From: Candidatus Poribacteria bacterium
Lineage (GTDB): Bacteria > Poribacteria > WGA-4E > WGA-3G
Assembly: GCA_965205015.1 (NCBI GenBank)
Contig: OZ242029.1
Location: 4,224,001-4,288,000 of the forward strand
Reading direction: 5' to 3'
Length of the DNA: 64,000 nt
A program made the position numbers and the translations under genes. Position 1 is the stretch's first letter. The number at the start of each line of letters is the position of its first letter. Shown one piece after another: positions 19,789 through 29,151 of this stretch. The notes beneath the pieces were generated by a model, which was not told the origin of the DNA, searched no databases, and worked only from the letters and a program-made list of their open reading frames with translations.

Positions 19789-20934
19789 CTAAAACTCTGA
19801 GTCTCGTAAGACCTCCGCCTGCACTGGATTTACATAACACTGATAATGCCGTTCGACATCTGCCTCCGGCGTAATACCTGCGTGGACGTAGACCCCAAAT
19901 TGCAGACGGAAACGGTCATTTTCCAGTTCATCGGGTGGATGGTGGAGGATGCTCATCTGTTCTGGCACAGCGATTTCCCCGAAAAAGCCCGGATGTTCAG
20001 CGTTTTCTGGGTGATCAAACAGCGCGATACCCGACATTCCATCTCCCACTGTGCCCCCTAAATCGCACCATCGCGCCCGTTGATGATGGACCTCTGTTCT
20101 GCCAATCTGTCCTTCAGAATTTTCAACGTGCCCTTCCTCCGGGATACCCATTGACGGATTCAAACGCGCGACACAGAGGAATTGCCGATCACCGATGTCC
20201 AACGGCGGTGTCGTTTCGTGAATAATTTCCAGAAACCGCCGCGTATTGCTCCCATACCATACCCGAGCCGTCCGAGTTTCTGTCATGATAACTTCACCAT
20301 CTCCCTTGACATGGATCAGGTCTTCCACAAATTCAGCGTAGACGTTCCCTTCAGTGATTCGGACAAAGCGTTGGTGCAACATCTTTCCGCAGGGTCCATA
20401 AGGTGGTTCATCCCAATCAGACCAAATGTTCGCAGATCCACCTTCACCATGCCCTCCGTAGGCGAGGTAAAGCCCGGTGTGATGCGGATGGTCTTCGCCA
20501 CCAGCCCCGCGGACCACAGTCCCATGATTCCCGTTGAGGGGCCAAAAGTAAGGCTTCCAGACACCGAGAAAGTTGTAGCGTGCAAATAACGCGTCATTGG
20601 CAGAAATGAGCAAATGCGCGGGTTTCTGTGCGATTTGATAACGGGGTTTTGGGGGTGGTCCATCGATCTGTCGGATCGCGTAATATGCCGATGTCCCTGC
20701 CGGAAGTTCGCTTGTCTGCCAGGCAAGTTCACGTAGCGTCGGCTCGAATTGACAAGGGACATTTTCATCGGAGACATGACCGTCTGCATCAGTCATGGAT
20801 ATCGCAAGCCCTGAAACCCCTTCTTGCCAATCGGGAAAGTAACGTTTCGGCTTGAAACGCATCCGAACGAGGTCATTGTCCCGCTTGACGGAACCCGCCT
20901 CAATTTTGATGATTACACTTCGATTTTGTGTCAA
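19789..20934 (-). CDS. PmoA-like/DUF6807-type beta-sandwich protein
   Basis: KPYFWPL, DHPHHTG, ARWCD, FDHPEN motifs; TTG start abuts the IS left end. Confidence 0.7.
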   Translation of the reverse strand: MTQNRSVIIKIEAGSVKRDNDLVRMRFKPKRYFPDWQEGVSGLAISMTDADGHVSDENVPCQFEPTLRELAWQTSELPAGTSAYYAIRQIDGPPPKPRYQIAQKPAHLLISANDALFARYNFLGVWKPYFWPLNGNHGTVVRGAGGEDHPHHTGLYLAYGGHGEGGSANIWSDWDEPPYGPCGKMLHQRFVRITEGNVYAEFVEDLIHVKGDGEVIMTETRTARVWYGSNTRRFLEIIHETTPPLDIGDRQFLCVARLNPSMGIPEEGHVENSEGQIGRTEVHHQRARWCDLGGTVGDGMSGIALFDHPENAEHPGFFGEIAVPEQMSILHHPPDELENDRFRLQFGVYVHAGITPEADVERHYQCYVNPVQAEVLRDSEF

Positions 20935-21018
20935 GGGAATAGTCGGTTTGGAATCCCAATCCTTTAGGTTTGGGAGGAAAAACCGCCTTCTTGGAAAGGA
21001 CCAAAGCGTTGTTTTTTC

Positions 21019-21048
21019 TTGACCCTTGGTCCGAAATTGTGGTATAAT
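21019..21048 (+). promoter_or_regulatory. Sigma70 promoter inside the IS left end, for tnpB
   Basis: TTGACC-18 nt-TATAAT with TGn. Confidence 0.65.
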
Positions 21049-21144
21049 TGTAGTATCTCGTAGGCAGACATGTTTAGCATTACCGCTTGGTAATGTGTCT
21101 GCCTTCCACTAAACAGGGGATAAAGGCGAGATACGAGAGATACC

Positions 21145-22440
21145 ATGAAATTAACCTTTGAATATCCTGTATATCCGACACGGACACAGGAACAAATATT
21201 GTTAGCGTGGCTTGACCACTTGTGTGAACTTCAGAATTCTGCTCGCCACGATCGACTCGTCGCGTATGAGACAGAAGGTGCTTTTGTGTCGCTCTCCGAC
21301 CAGCAGACACTTCTTACGCAAGTTCGTGAGAAATATGACGACTTCCGAGAAGTGCCACAAGATTTTCAGAATCACGCGCTACGGAGAAACGACAAAGCCT
21401 TTACTGCCTTCCGCAAACGTTGTAAAGACGGTGCGAAGAAAAAGGGATACCCTCGCTATAAAAAGCGTGTTCGCTCTCTGACGTGGAGTCTCCGAAAATA
21501 CACCAAAGTGGTTCAGCGAAAGACCAAGAACACTGAAAGACAAACAATACGCGTGCGTGAGAATCCGATTGTAGAAACCAATTTTAGGTATAATCGTTTG
21601 AAAGTGCCAAAACTGGGTGAAGTCAAGATACGCATGCACCGCCCCTTGCAAGGGGATCCAAAAGAAGTTACGCTCGTCAAAAAAGCAAGTGGCTGGTATG
21701 CTCATATTACCTGTGAACTCCCCGATACCCCGAAAGTTGAACCGACAGACGCAATTGCCGTTGATGTGGGAACAATACACTACCTGACGACTTCCAAAGG
21801 CGAAAAAGAAGATAACCCGCGTTGGTATCGCCAAGCAGAAGGTTTGCTACGAAAACACTCTAAAGACCTTTCTCGAAAGAAAAAAGGGAGCCAGCGTTGG
21901 CAGAAACACCAACACAAACTCGGTTTACACCATGAGCGAACCGCGAACAAACGCAAAGACTTTATCGGTAAACTCGTCTATAAACTCTACCACCATAAAA
22001 AAAACAATGTTTTAGTGGCAGAGGATTTAGGCGTATCAAACATGGTTCAGAATAAACACCTCAGCAAGAGCATCAGCGATGCATCTTGGGCTAAATTCTT
22101 TAAGTGGTGTGCGGACATAGCCGAAAGAGACGGTCTGTACTTCCACCAAGTTGATCCCAAGAACACTTCGCAAACTTGCTCTGCTTGTGGTAAGAAGTCG
22201 CCAAAGAAACTTTCGTTGGCGATACGCACCTTTGATTGTAGTTTTTGTGGCACGGTTTTAGACCGAGACCACAACGCTGCGATAAACATACTTTTACGGG
22301 CGGCTTGCGCCCTTCGTGGAGAGCGTTGGGTTACCGACCTCACTGAAGCGAGAAACACCAACGAAGCACGAGACACGGGCTTAGAGACTGCTGAACAACT
22401 CTTGTTGTTTAATGGCCTCTTAACAAGCCCAAGTCTTTAG
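21145..22440 (+). CDS. tnpB: TnpB RNA-guided endonuclease
   Basis: RuvC-I AVDVG, RuvC-II AEDL, zinc finger CSAC...CSFC, RuvC-III DRDHNAAINI. Confidence 0.95.
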   Translation: MKLTFEYPVYPTRTQEQILLAWLDHLCELQNSARHDRLVAYETEGAFVSLSDQQTLLTQVREKYDDFREVPQDFQNHALRRNDKAFTAFRKRCKDGAKKKGYPRYKKRVRSLTWSLRKYTKVVQRKTKNTERQTIRVRENPIVETNFRYNRLKVPKLGEVKIRMHRPLQGDPKEVTLVKKASGWYAHITCELPDTPKVEPTDAIAVDVGTIHYLTTSKGEKEDNPRWYRQAEGLLRKHSKDLSRKKKGSQRWQKHQHKLGLHHERTANKRKDFIGKLVYKLYHHKKNNVLVAEDLGVSNMVQNKHLSKSISDASWAKFFKWCADIAERDGLYFHQVDPKNTSQTCSACGKKSPKKLSLAIRTFDCSFCGTVLDRDHNAAINILLRAACALRGERWVTDLTEARNTNEARDTGLETAEQLLLFNGLLTSPSL

Positions 22441-22574
22441 GCTTGGGTACATTGACTAGTTAACTCCTGTTCGCTTCACAGCGAAATCGTTCAATCTTCC
22501 AGCGCAAATCGCATACCTCTTGCATAACGGGTACATCTGATTGACGCAAGTCGTTTGAAAGTTGTTCCACATTT

Positions 22575-23795
22575 CTACCAACTCTGAATGAAATCCTCCA
22601 CCTCAAAATTCGCTGGCATATCCGTCAATTGATAGCGCATCACACGCGATGTTCTGTCGGGCACAGACCGGGCGATTTCTGCCTCGATTTTCTCGTAGAG
22701 CGTTGAGAACCGTTTCCAGATACTTTCGGCATCTTCGGTGGAAAAACGATCCGCGAAATCCTCGTAGAGATGGAAATTGAGTCGGTGTGCAGAGATTGCG
22801 CCGATGCGTTCTTCAATCGAAAGTTTATTGATCTCGGGATCTTTGAGTTTACGGACTTTATCCGCTAATTTTGAGAGAAATACGACCGCGACCATGCGTT
22901 CTTCTTCACCCGGGTGCAGCTTCGCCACTCCATCTCGAAAACCATCAGCGTCCTTGTTAAAGATGGCGTGAAAGGTTGCCTCAATCACATCGCTCTGCTG
23001 TTGCTGAAGTTGGAAGAAATGTTCAAATTGGGTGCGAGCCTTAGCCGGAAGGTGCTGTGTAAATTCCATATTCCAATAGAAGTGGTCAACGATAGGATAC
23101 GAATCCCCACCGAAGGCGCGATAGCCAAGGTGAACCGTCCGCCGCAATTTCGTGCTATAGTTGCTGCCCCAATGCAAACCCATGTGACTATAGACGACCC
23201 CATCGCCTGCTGAGAGTTCGATTGGAATCCCGTCCGGCATCGGCTCCTGTGGGCGTGTCACGAGGTGTTGGTGTTCCTCTGGTGTGTTTGGACGGCAGTA
23301 GCTTCTCGGCACGAGCCAGAAGACGCTATCGTCGTAAAGCGGGATGTTCCACTGAACATATCCTGGTCCGTTTTTAACATAATCCCTCTGCATGCCCTTG
23401 AGGGGTGCCTGCCCCGTTGGATCAATATCACGATGCCAACTCGCCGGACCGTGATCTCGCACAGGATTACACATCAGTGCCATGAGTGTGATCGCTGCGT
23501 CGGGTGCTCTCATGAGTTGCTGACTCACACCGAGAGTGTTCGCATGCAGACAAAATTCGACGGTATTCGCGGTTGATGGATCAACGACCTCATCGAAAAA
23601 CACTCTCGGTTGCGCGCTCGTCGTCCAAACGCCTCCCGGTTTTTCGTTCGGTTTCCGTTCCTGTTCCCAGACCACTTTTTGCTTCTCAACGAGGGTTTCA
23701 AAACTCGTTCTCAACGCTTCCAGCTGATCAGGTGGAACAACCTGTCGCAGTACAACATAGCCATCATCAATGAGTTGTTGCGGATCTACTTTCAT
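22575..23795 (-). CDS. PhyH-family dioxygenase with C-terminal extension
   Basis: DDGYVV, WHRD, VQWNIPLYDD, LHWG. Confidence 0.85.
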   Translation of the reverse strand: MKVDPQQLIDDGYVVLRQVVPPDQLEALRTSFETLVEKQKVVWEQERKPNEKPGGVWTTSAQPRVFFDEVVDPSTANTVEFCLHANTLGVSQQLMRAPDAAITLMALMCNPVRDHGPASWHRDIDPTGQAPLKGMQRDYVKNGPGYVQWNIPLYDDSVFWLVPRSYCRPNTPEEHQHLVTRPQEPMPDGIPIELSAGDGVVYSHMGLHWGSNYSTKLRRTVHLGYRAFGGDSYPIVDHFYWNMEFTQHLPAKARTQFEHFFQLQQQQSDVIEATFHAIFNKDADGFRDGVAKLHPGEEERMVAVVFLSKLADKVRKLKDPEINKLSIEERIGAISAHRLNFHLYEDFADRFSTEDAESIWKRFSTLYEKIEAEIARSVPDRTSRVMRYQLTDMPANFEVEDFIQSW

Positions 23796-23930
23796 CGTCA
23801 GTCCTCGTTTCTAACAGATAGCGTTTAGTGGAATCCCGAAGGTTCGGTACCTTCGGAAGTTTCTGCGTCCCCCGGACTTTCGTCAAGAAATAAAAAAAGA
23901 ACCTGTTATGTTGTCTGAATCTGACAATCA

Positions 23931-24746
23931 TTAACGATAAGGTTGCGCGGTTTTAATCCGCCCCCAAGTGAGACTCAACTTCCCGGTGGGCTGGACCGCT
24001 AACCCCTGTGACTCAAAGTTCTGCTTGATTTCTTCCGGTGTTAGTACTTTCTTGTAGATGCGCACTTCGTCCACCGCGCCTATCAAGTATCCATCGGTAT
24101 TGCCATCTTGCGCGATGTTCCAGTTCGTTTCACCGCCGCCTAAATTGCCGGACATTGCCTCATCCTCTTTGACGAGGACGCTATCGACATACACCTGTGC
24201 CTTATCGGCTTCGCGTGTCGCCACTACATGGTGCCATTTGCCATCGGCGTAATCCTCATCGGTTACCCACGCTTTTCTGATGTTGTTTGCTTCCTCGGTA
24301 TAGTATCGAAGTTGTCCGGTGTTTTGATTAAAGCCCAACCGAAAGAAATGATCGAAGAAATTCGTTTTGTTTGTGAGAATATATTGCCAACCGACGCGAC
24401 TGTTCGGGGTTTTCAGAAACCATGCTTCATACGACGCTGGTTTCTCCCCGATATTGAAAAGGATCGGCAGCTCCACACAATCCGGTTTTCCGCCAAAATT
24501 GAGTGCCTCACCGAGATGCCCTTCGATGGACTCCGGCTCACCGACGATTGTTCCATCTTTGCCGCCAACGAGATCTTTAACAGTATCGCCAGCGATGTCG
24601 TTTTTGTCAAGCGTGTAATAACTCACTAAGCCGTCCGTAACTACCTGAGCTTTCACTCCAATAATTAAGATGAAAGTACAGAGGAGGGCAAAACCGGTTT
24701 GAAATGCCCACCAATTTAAATGTTTCGGTTTCATGGCTGCCTCCAT
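23931..24746 (-). CDS. Secreted LamG/concanavalin A-like domain protein
   Basis: Signal peptide; DGLVSYY, WHHVV, GAVDEVRIY; C-terminal AVQPTGKLSLTWGRIK. Confidence 0.88.
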   Translation of the reverse strand: MEAAMKPKHLNWWAFQTGFALLCTFILIIGVKAQVVTDGLVSYYTLDKNDIAGDTVKDLVGGKDGTIVGEPESIEGHLGEALNFGGKPDCVELPILFNIGEKPASYEAWFLKTPNSRVGWQYILTNKTNFFDHFFRLGFNQNTGQLRYYTEEANNIRKAWVTDEDYADGKWHHVVATREADKAQVYVDSVLVKEDEAMSGNLGGGETNWNIAQDGNTDGYLIGAVDEVRIYKKVLTPEEIKQNFESQGLAVQPTGKLSLTWGRIKTAQPYR

Positions 24747-24877
24747 TTTTCCAGTTTAGTGATACGATGTGAAAAACTAACGGATACCCTCTAAATCGCG
24801 TCTATCACATTTCGATTGTGGCTATGATGGCAAATTTGACGAGGATTGTCAATAAAAAAATCAAACTCATTTTTTTG

Positions 24878-24906
24878 TTGACTTGTCTGTCTAAAACCTG
24901 TATCCT
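24878..24906 (+). promoter_or_regulatory. Sigma70-type promoter giving a ~210-nt leader
   Basis: TTGACT-17 nt-TATCCT. Confidence 0.5.
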
Positions 24907-25126
24907 CATAAAAACAACTCATTCATATCATTAAATACAGGGGATGAAAGTGTCCCAAGAGTAAATACTTCTGATTAATGGTGTTCGGCTTTGGACAGCC
25001 ATTCCCGAATCAGGACATTATCCTTGGGTAGAGAAGCCCGATGAAGTGAAGGCATCACTCAGGCGGTTTGTAGTAGATTTTATAATTAACGAGACAGTAT
25101 GAGCAATCAAGATTTAGGAGAAAAAA

Positions 25127-25627
25127 ATGAAACTTAATAAAATCGGAACACAATGGCCTGTGAAATTCAAATCAAGTCTTCTTATTCTACCTCTGGGTAT
25201 ACTCTTATCTCTGCCGTTTGTCGGTTGCGGAACGGTTATCAATAAATTTATATCAGAGAGTGCGTACGAAGCCCCTCAGTTCCCAAAGTCCGAACTCGCC
25301 ACTATCCAAATTGACACGGAGGGCGGGTGGCTCCAACGGTATAAGTTAATCGCGTTCCGAATTGATGGCAAATTAGCCGCACGCAAGCAGATTGATGTAC
25401 ACGAGGAGCCCGCTATTGACGAAATTTTGGTCCTACCAGGAAAGCGTGATATGTCGGTAACGACGATACACCGTCATTTTTTTGATAACGACACGGGGAC
25501 CACCACCCAAATCGTGTCCAAATTCTCTGCTGATGTAAAAGCAGGTGGCACCTATTTGTTGAAGGACGACAACAAATTGGTTGATGCGAGTACAGGTGAG
25601 GTTGTCAGCCAATGGAAACTTTTTTAA
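25127..25627 (+). CDS. Hypothetical lipoprotein
   Basis: AGGAG RBS; hydrophobic stretch ending FVGC. Confidence 0.7.
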   Translation: MKLNKIGTQWPVKFKSSLLILPLGILLSLPFVGCGTVINKFISESAYEAPQFPKSELATIQIDTEGGWLQRYKLIAFRIDGKLAARKQIDVHEEPAIDEILVLPGKRDMSVTTIHRHFFDNDTGTTTQIVSKFSADVKAGGTYLLKDDNKLVDASTGEVVSQWKLF

Positions 25628-25717
25628 TTCAAAAAATGCTGCCGATTTATGTTGGGCAAGTTGTGCCTTTTCGATATTAACTGGGCTGCAAGTCCACCGA
25701 AATTCTGAGGAGACGTT

Positions 25718-26590
25718 ATGCTAATTCGTGGTGACGACAGTGCGATCAATCTTCCGTCTACACTAACGGAAGAGGAGAAGTGGCACTACGATCTGTTTGG
25801 CTATTTAGTGCTTCGGCAGGTGGTATCGCCAGCAGAGGTTGAACGGATGCTTGAGATAGCAAACAAGTGGTTCGCTGATCCCGAAACTGCCCCCGAACCG
25901 GTGAATGTCACGCAAGACGAACATAGCGGTGTGCTGAACAACGTTCAATACGGCGACCGGATTTTCGAGCGGTTATCCCTCAATGAGAAGGTGATGCGAA
26001 TTGTGATGGGCTTGATGTGGAACCGTCCGAGGCTCTTCAATTGTGCTCTCGTCTTACAAAAGCAACGTCCCATCTCCGAAGGTGAAAAGGAGAGACTGCA
26101 TCGCGATACCAGCGGTTTTGAATTTCCCGATGGATTCCATAATCCGCATAACGATTATCAAGCCGGTAACGGACAGATTTATAGCAATTTCGTCAACACC
26201 GCTATAACACTCGTCGATGTACCGAAGGACAACGGTTTCATGTGCATCCCCGGTACACATAAATCACGAATTACGTTTCCGACAACACTTGACATTGACA
26301 ACGAATGGGCACCCGCAATTACGTTTGAGCTGAAGGCAGGAGATTGTCTCATCTTTTCACCGCGTTTGATGCACGGAGCGAAATTTTGGAAAGTCGATTC
26401 TCCGCGTCGGGTTGTCTTCAATCGGTATCAATTCAGCTTCTATTTCAATGAGAACTACAGTCTCCCAATAGAAACACACCGACACCGCATCTCTGATGAC
26501 GAATACGAATTGGAATCGATCCAACGAAATGAAAAAAGATTTGCCAAACGGATCCTCAAGAAATTAGAGACCGGAGAAGAATTATGCTAA
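25718..26590 (+). CDS. PhyH-family dioxygenase (HRD type)
   Basis: DLFGYLV, LHRD, IPGTHKS, LMHG. Confidence 0.87.
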   Translation: MLIRGDDSAINLPSTLTEEEKWHYDLFGYLVLRQVVSPAEVERMLEIANKWFADPETAPEPVNVTQDEHSGVLNNVQYGDRIFERLSLNEKVMRIVMGLMWNRPRLFNCALVLQKQRPISEGEKERLHRDTSGFEFPDGFHNPHNDYQAGNGQIYSNFVNTAITLVDVPKDNGFMCIPGTHKSRITFPTTLDIDNEWAPAITFELKAGDCLIFSPRLMHGAKFWKVDSPRRVVFNRYQFSFYFNENYSLPIETHRHRISDDEYELESIQRNEKRFAKRILKKLETGEELC

Positions 26591-27402
26591 CACCGGAAGA
26601 AAAATGGCACCTCGATCTGCTCGGCTATTTTGTGGTGCGTAACGCCGTGCCAAAAGCGGATGTCGAACTGATGAAAGCACAGATGTTTGAGTGGTCCGAA
26701 TGGGATGCATCAGACTTCAAGCCACCCATGCGAATCAATGCCCCAGTGGGGAAACCGTGGTGGGTCTATAACATGCACTACGGACATGAAGCGTTCCAAC
26801 GGCTGATTTTAAATCCAGAAATCCTGCGCGTGGCGACTGCCTTGACGTGGAACCATCCGAGAGTCTTTGATGTCGTAGCAAATATTTGTTATCCTGACGC
26901 TGATGGTTTGGAACTACATGGTGGACATAAAGGGTGGTTTAGAGGTCCACATCACCAATACCAAGTCGCGAACGATGAGATCTTCGCGAGTTTCTTTAAC
27001 CTCTCCGTTTCGCTCGTGGATGTTCCACCCGGTAACGGATTTGCTTGCATTCCAGGAAGCCACAAATCCAACTTCCAGTATCCAGAATACATCACAATGG
27101 ACGACGCACCGCCGATAGTTCACAACGTTCCAGTGAACGCTGGTGATTTCATTGTGTTTCTGCCGAACACGCGACACGCTGGACGACGGTGGAACCACAA
27201 GGTGTATCCTCGGATGACGGTGTTCTTACGCTGGGTCTACGCGAAACAATTTCACCACGCCGATTCGTCTTGGTGGCTCCCATTTGATGCACATAGGGAC
27301 GAAATCCCGACCGCGCTGCATGAGCTCGAAAGCCGAGATCACGGACAACGGAAGGCGTTGAATGAACTCATAGATCCATTTAAAGTGGATGTCCCCGAAT
27401 AA
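26584..27402 (+). CDS. PhyH-family enzyme (HGG type)
   Basis: DLLGYFV, LHGG at the HxD position, IPGSHKS, TRHAG. Confidence 0.85.
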   Translation: MLTPEEKWHLDLLGYFVVRNAVPKADVELMKAQMFEWSEWDASDFKPPMRINAPVGKPWWVYNMHYGHEAFQRLILNPEILRVATALTWNHPRVFDVVANICYPDADGLELHGGHKGWFRGPHHQYQVANDEIFASFFNLSVSLVDVPPGNGFACIPGSHKSNFQYPEYITMDDAPPIVHNVPVNAGDFIVFLPNTRHAGRRWNHKVYPRMTVFLRWVYAKQFHHADSSWWLPFDAHRDEIPTALHELESRDHGQRKALNELIDPFKVDVPE

Positions 27403-27477
27403 AACGTTGACGCGAAGCCAGAAGATTGGTAAGATATACAAAGAAACGATTTTTATATTACAGAACTGGAGAAATAG

Positions 27478-29127
27478 ATGGCAGCCCCGACGAATCGAGA
27501 AGTGATTGCCCAGTGGCGCGATGAACCCGCTCCGTTGCTTGTATTGCTACACGCTTTCCACGACCGGGACGGGTTTATATCGGAGGCAGTCCTTCGCGAC
27601 ATCGCAGTCGGACTTCGGATCCCGCTCGCTGAACTCTTCGGCACTTTAACGTTCTATCACCATTTTGCGCGTGAGGTTTCCCCAGGACAGAGGGCGCCGC
27701 GCGTCTGTACGGGACCCGTCTGTCGATTGCAAGGTGGATTGGAAATTCTTGAGGCACTCAAAGACGAAGGCGCGACCCCAATGCCGTGTGCAGGAAGATG
27801 CGACGATTGCGTGCCAGTGCTGAAAGGACATCAGGTGCTCGTCGGGAAACAGGTAGAAACGCTCTCTGTGGAACCCACCCCTTTACCGCCACCCTATCCA
27901 GGCGATGGTGAAGAATGCATCTTCGCCGAGATCCGCGAACCCGAACGCAAGACATTGGAAGGCTATCGACGTACTGGTGGCTATGAAGCGTTAACTCGGG
28001 CATTGACAACACTGACACAAACAGATGTAATTGAAACGCTTAAAGAGAGCCAACTCGCGGGTAGAGGGGGCGCGGGGTTCCCGACAGGTATGAAATGGGA
28101 ATCGGTGTTGAATGCACCCGGCGAACCGAAAACGATCGTCTGTAACGCCGATGAAGGCGAACCGGGCTGCTTCAAGGACCGGGTTATCCTTGATTACGAC
28201 CCACACGCCGTGATTGAAGGGATGACGCTCGCTGCCTATGCGACAGGTGCGACGCGCGGCTTTATCTACCTCCGCTATGAATACCCAGAAACCTTGAAAA
28301 TACTCGAACATGCCCTCTTGGAAGCAGAAGCGGCAGGACTGCTTGGCGATGCTATCTTCAGAGAAAAACATGGGGGTGAAGACTTCAACTTCCACATCTA
28401 CATTCGACGGGGTGCCGGTGCTTATGTCTGCGGGGAGGAAGGATCGCTATTGAACAGTCTGGAAGGGAAGCATCCATTTCCAAGGAATCGTCCGCCTTAT
28501 CCTGTAACACACGGGTTTGAAAACTTGCCCACTGCTGTCAATAACGTGGAGACACTCACCGCCGCTGTCCAAATTTTGCGACACGGCGCAGTGTGGTATA
28601 AAAATCTCAGCTGCGATGAAAACTTGGCAGGCACAAAGATTATTAGCCTTTCCGGTGACATCCAGAGACCGGGGAACTACGAGGTGCCCTTCGGACTTCC
28701 GTTAAAGACGCTTCTCTATGAATGGGCAGGCGGCGCGCCAGAGGAGCGCGAAATTCAGGCGATTACGACTGCTGGACTTTCTGGTGGGTTTATCGCTGCA
28801 GCCGATTTCGATATTACAATTGATGAACCGAGTTTTCAAAAGGTAGGTGCAATGCTTGGCGCAGCGGGAATCATGGTGTTTGATGACACGCGAGATATGC
28901 TCGGTGTCGCACGCAATGCTATGGAATTTTTTGCCGAGGAATCTTGTGGGAAATGTTTCCCATGCCGTATCGGGACACAGCGATTGACGGAACTTTTGTC
29001 TGAGCCGTTGCAACCAGATTCAGAGGCACTGATTTCGGAGATTGGAGCAGTCATGAGGGCAACGAGCGCATGTGGACTCGGCACCGCTGCACCAAATATT
29101 ACAGATAGTCTAATGCGGTATTTCTAA
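27478..29127 (+). CDS. NuoE-NuoF fusion (NAD(H)-binding diaphorase subunit)
   Basis: CTGPVC...CAGRC 2Fe-2S ligands; GRGGAGFPTG, NADEGEPG, GAGAYVCGEE, ESCGKCFPCR...CGLG. Confidence 0.9.
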   Translation: MAAPTNREVIAQWRDEPAPLLVLLHAFHDRDGFISEAVLRDIAVGLRIPLAELFGTLTFYHHFAREVSPGQRAPRVCTGPVCRLQGGLEILEALKDEGATPMPCAGRCDDCVPVLKGHQVLVGKQVETLSVEPTPLPPPYPGDGEECIFAEIREPERKTLEGYRRTGGYEALTRALTTLTQTDVIETLKESQLAGRGGAGFPTGMKWESVLNAPGEPKTIVCNADEGEPGCFKDRVILDYDPHAVIEGMTLAAYATGATRGFIYLRYEYPETLKILEHALLEAEAAGLLGDAIFREKHGGEDFNFHIYIRRGAGAYVCGEEGSLLNSLEGKHPFPRNRPPYPVTHGFENLPTAVNNVETLTAAVQILRHGAVWYKNLSCDENLAGTKIISLSGDIQRPGNYEVPFGLPLKTLLYEWAGGAPEEREIQAITTAGLSGGFIAAADFDITIDEPSFQKVGAMLGAAGIMVFDDTRDMLGVARNAMEFFAEESCGKCFPCRIGTQRLTELLSEPLQPDSEALISEIGAVMRATSACGLGTAAPNITDSLMRYF

Positions 29128-29151
29128 TAGTTGACTGACAGCCATTTAAAG

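Larger units (their letters stand above)
20935..22456 (+). mobile_element. IS200/IS605-family tnpB-only (IS1341-like) element, 1522 bp
   Basis: Left hairpin CCCAATCCTTTAGGTTTGGG (20955-20974) preceded by GAAT; right hairpin CCCAAGTCTTTAGGCTTGGG (22428-22447) preceded by CAAG; left flank TCAA, right end TGAC; no tnpA. Confidence 0.85.

Noticed and set aside
19789-20934. Methane monooxygenase function
   Set aside because: The protein is soluble with no transmembrane helices and no pmoB/pmoC neighbours; the PmoA-like family label does not imply methane oxidation.
24930-25080. T-box, lysine, glycine or ykkC riboswitch
   Set aside because: Only short fragments (GATGAA, AAGAGTA, AAGCCCG, CTCAGG) match and the core consensus elements are missing; kept as an unassigned candidate RNA.
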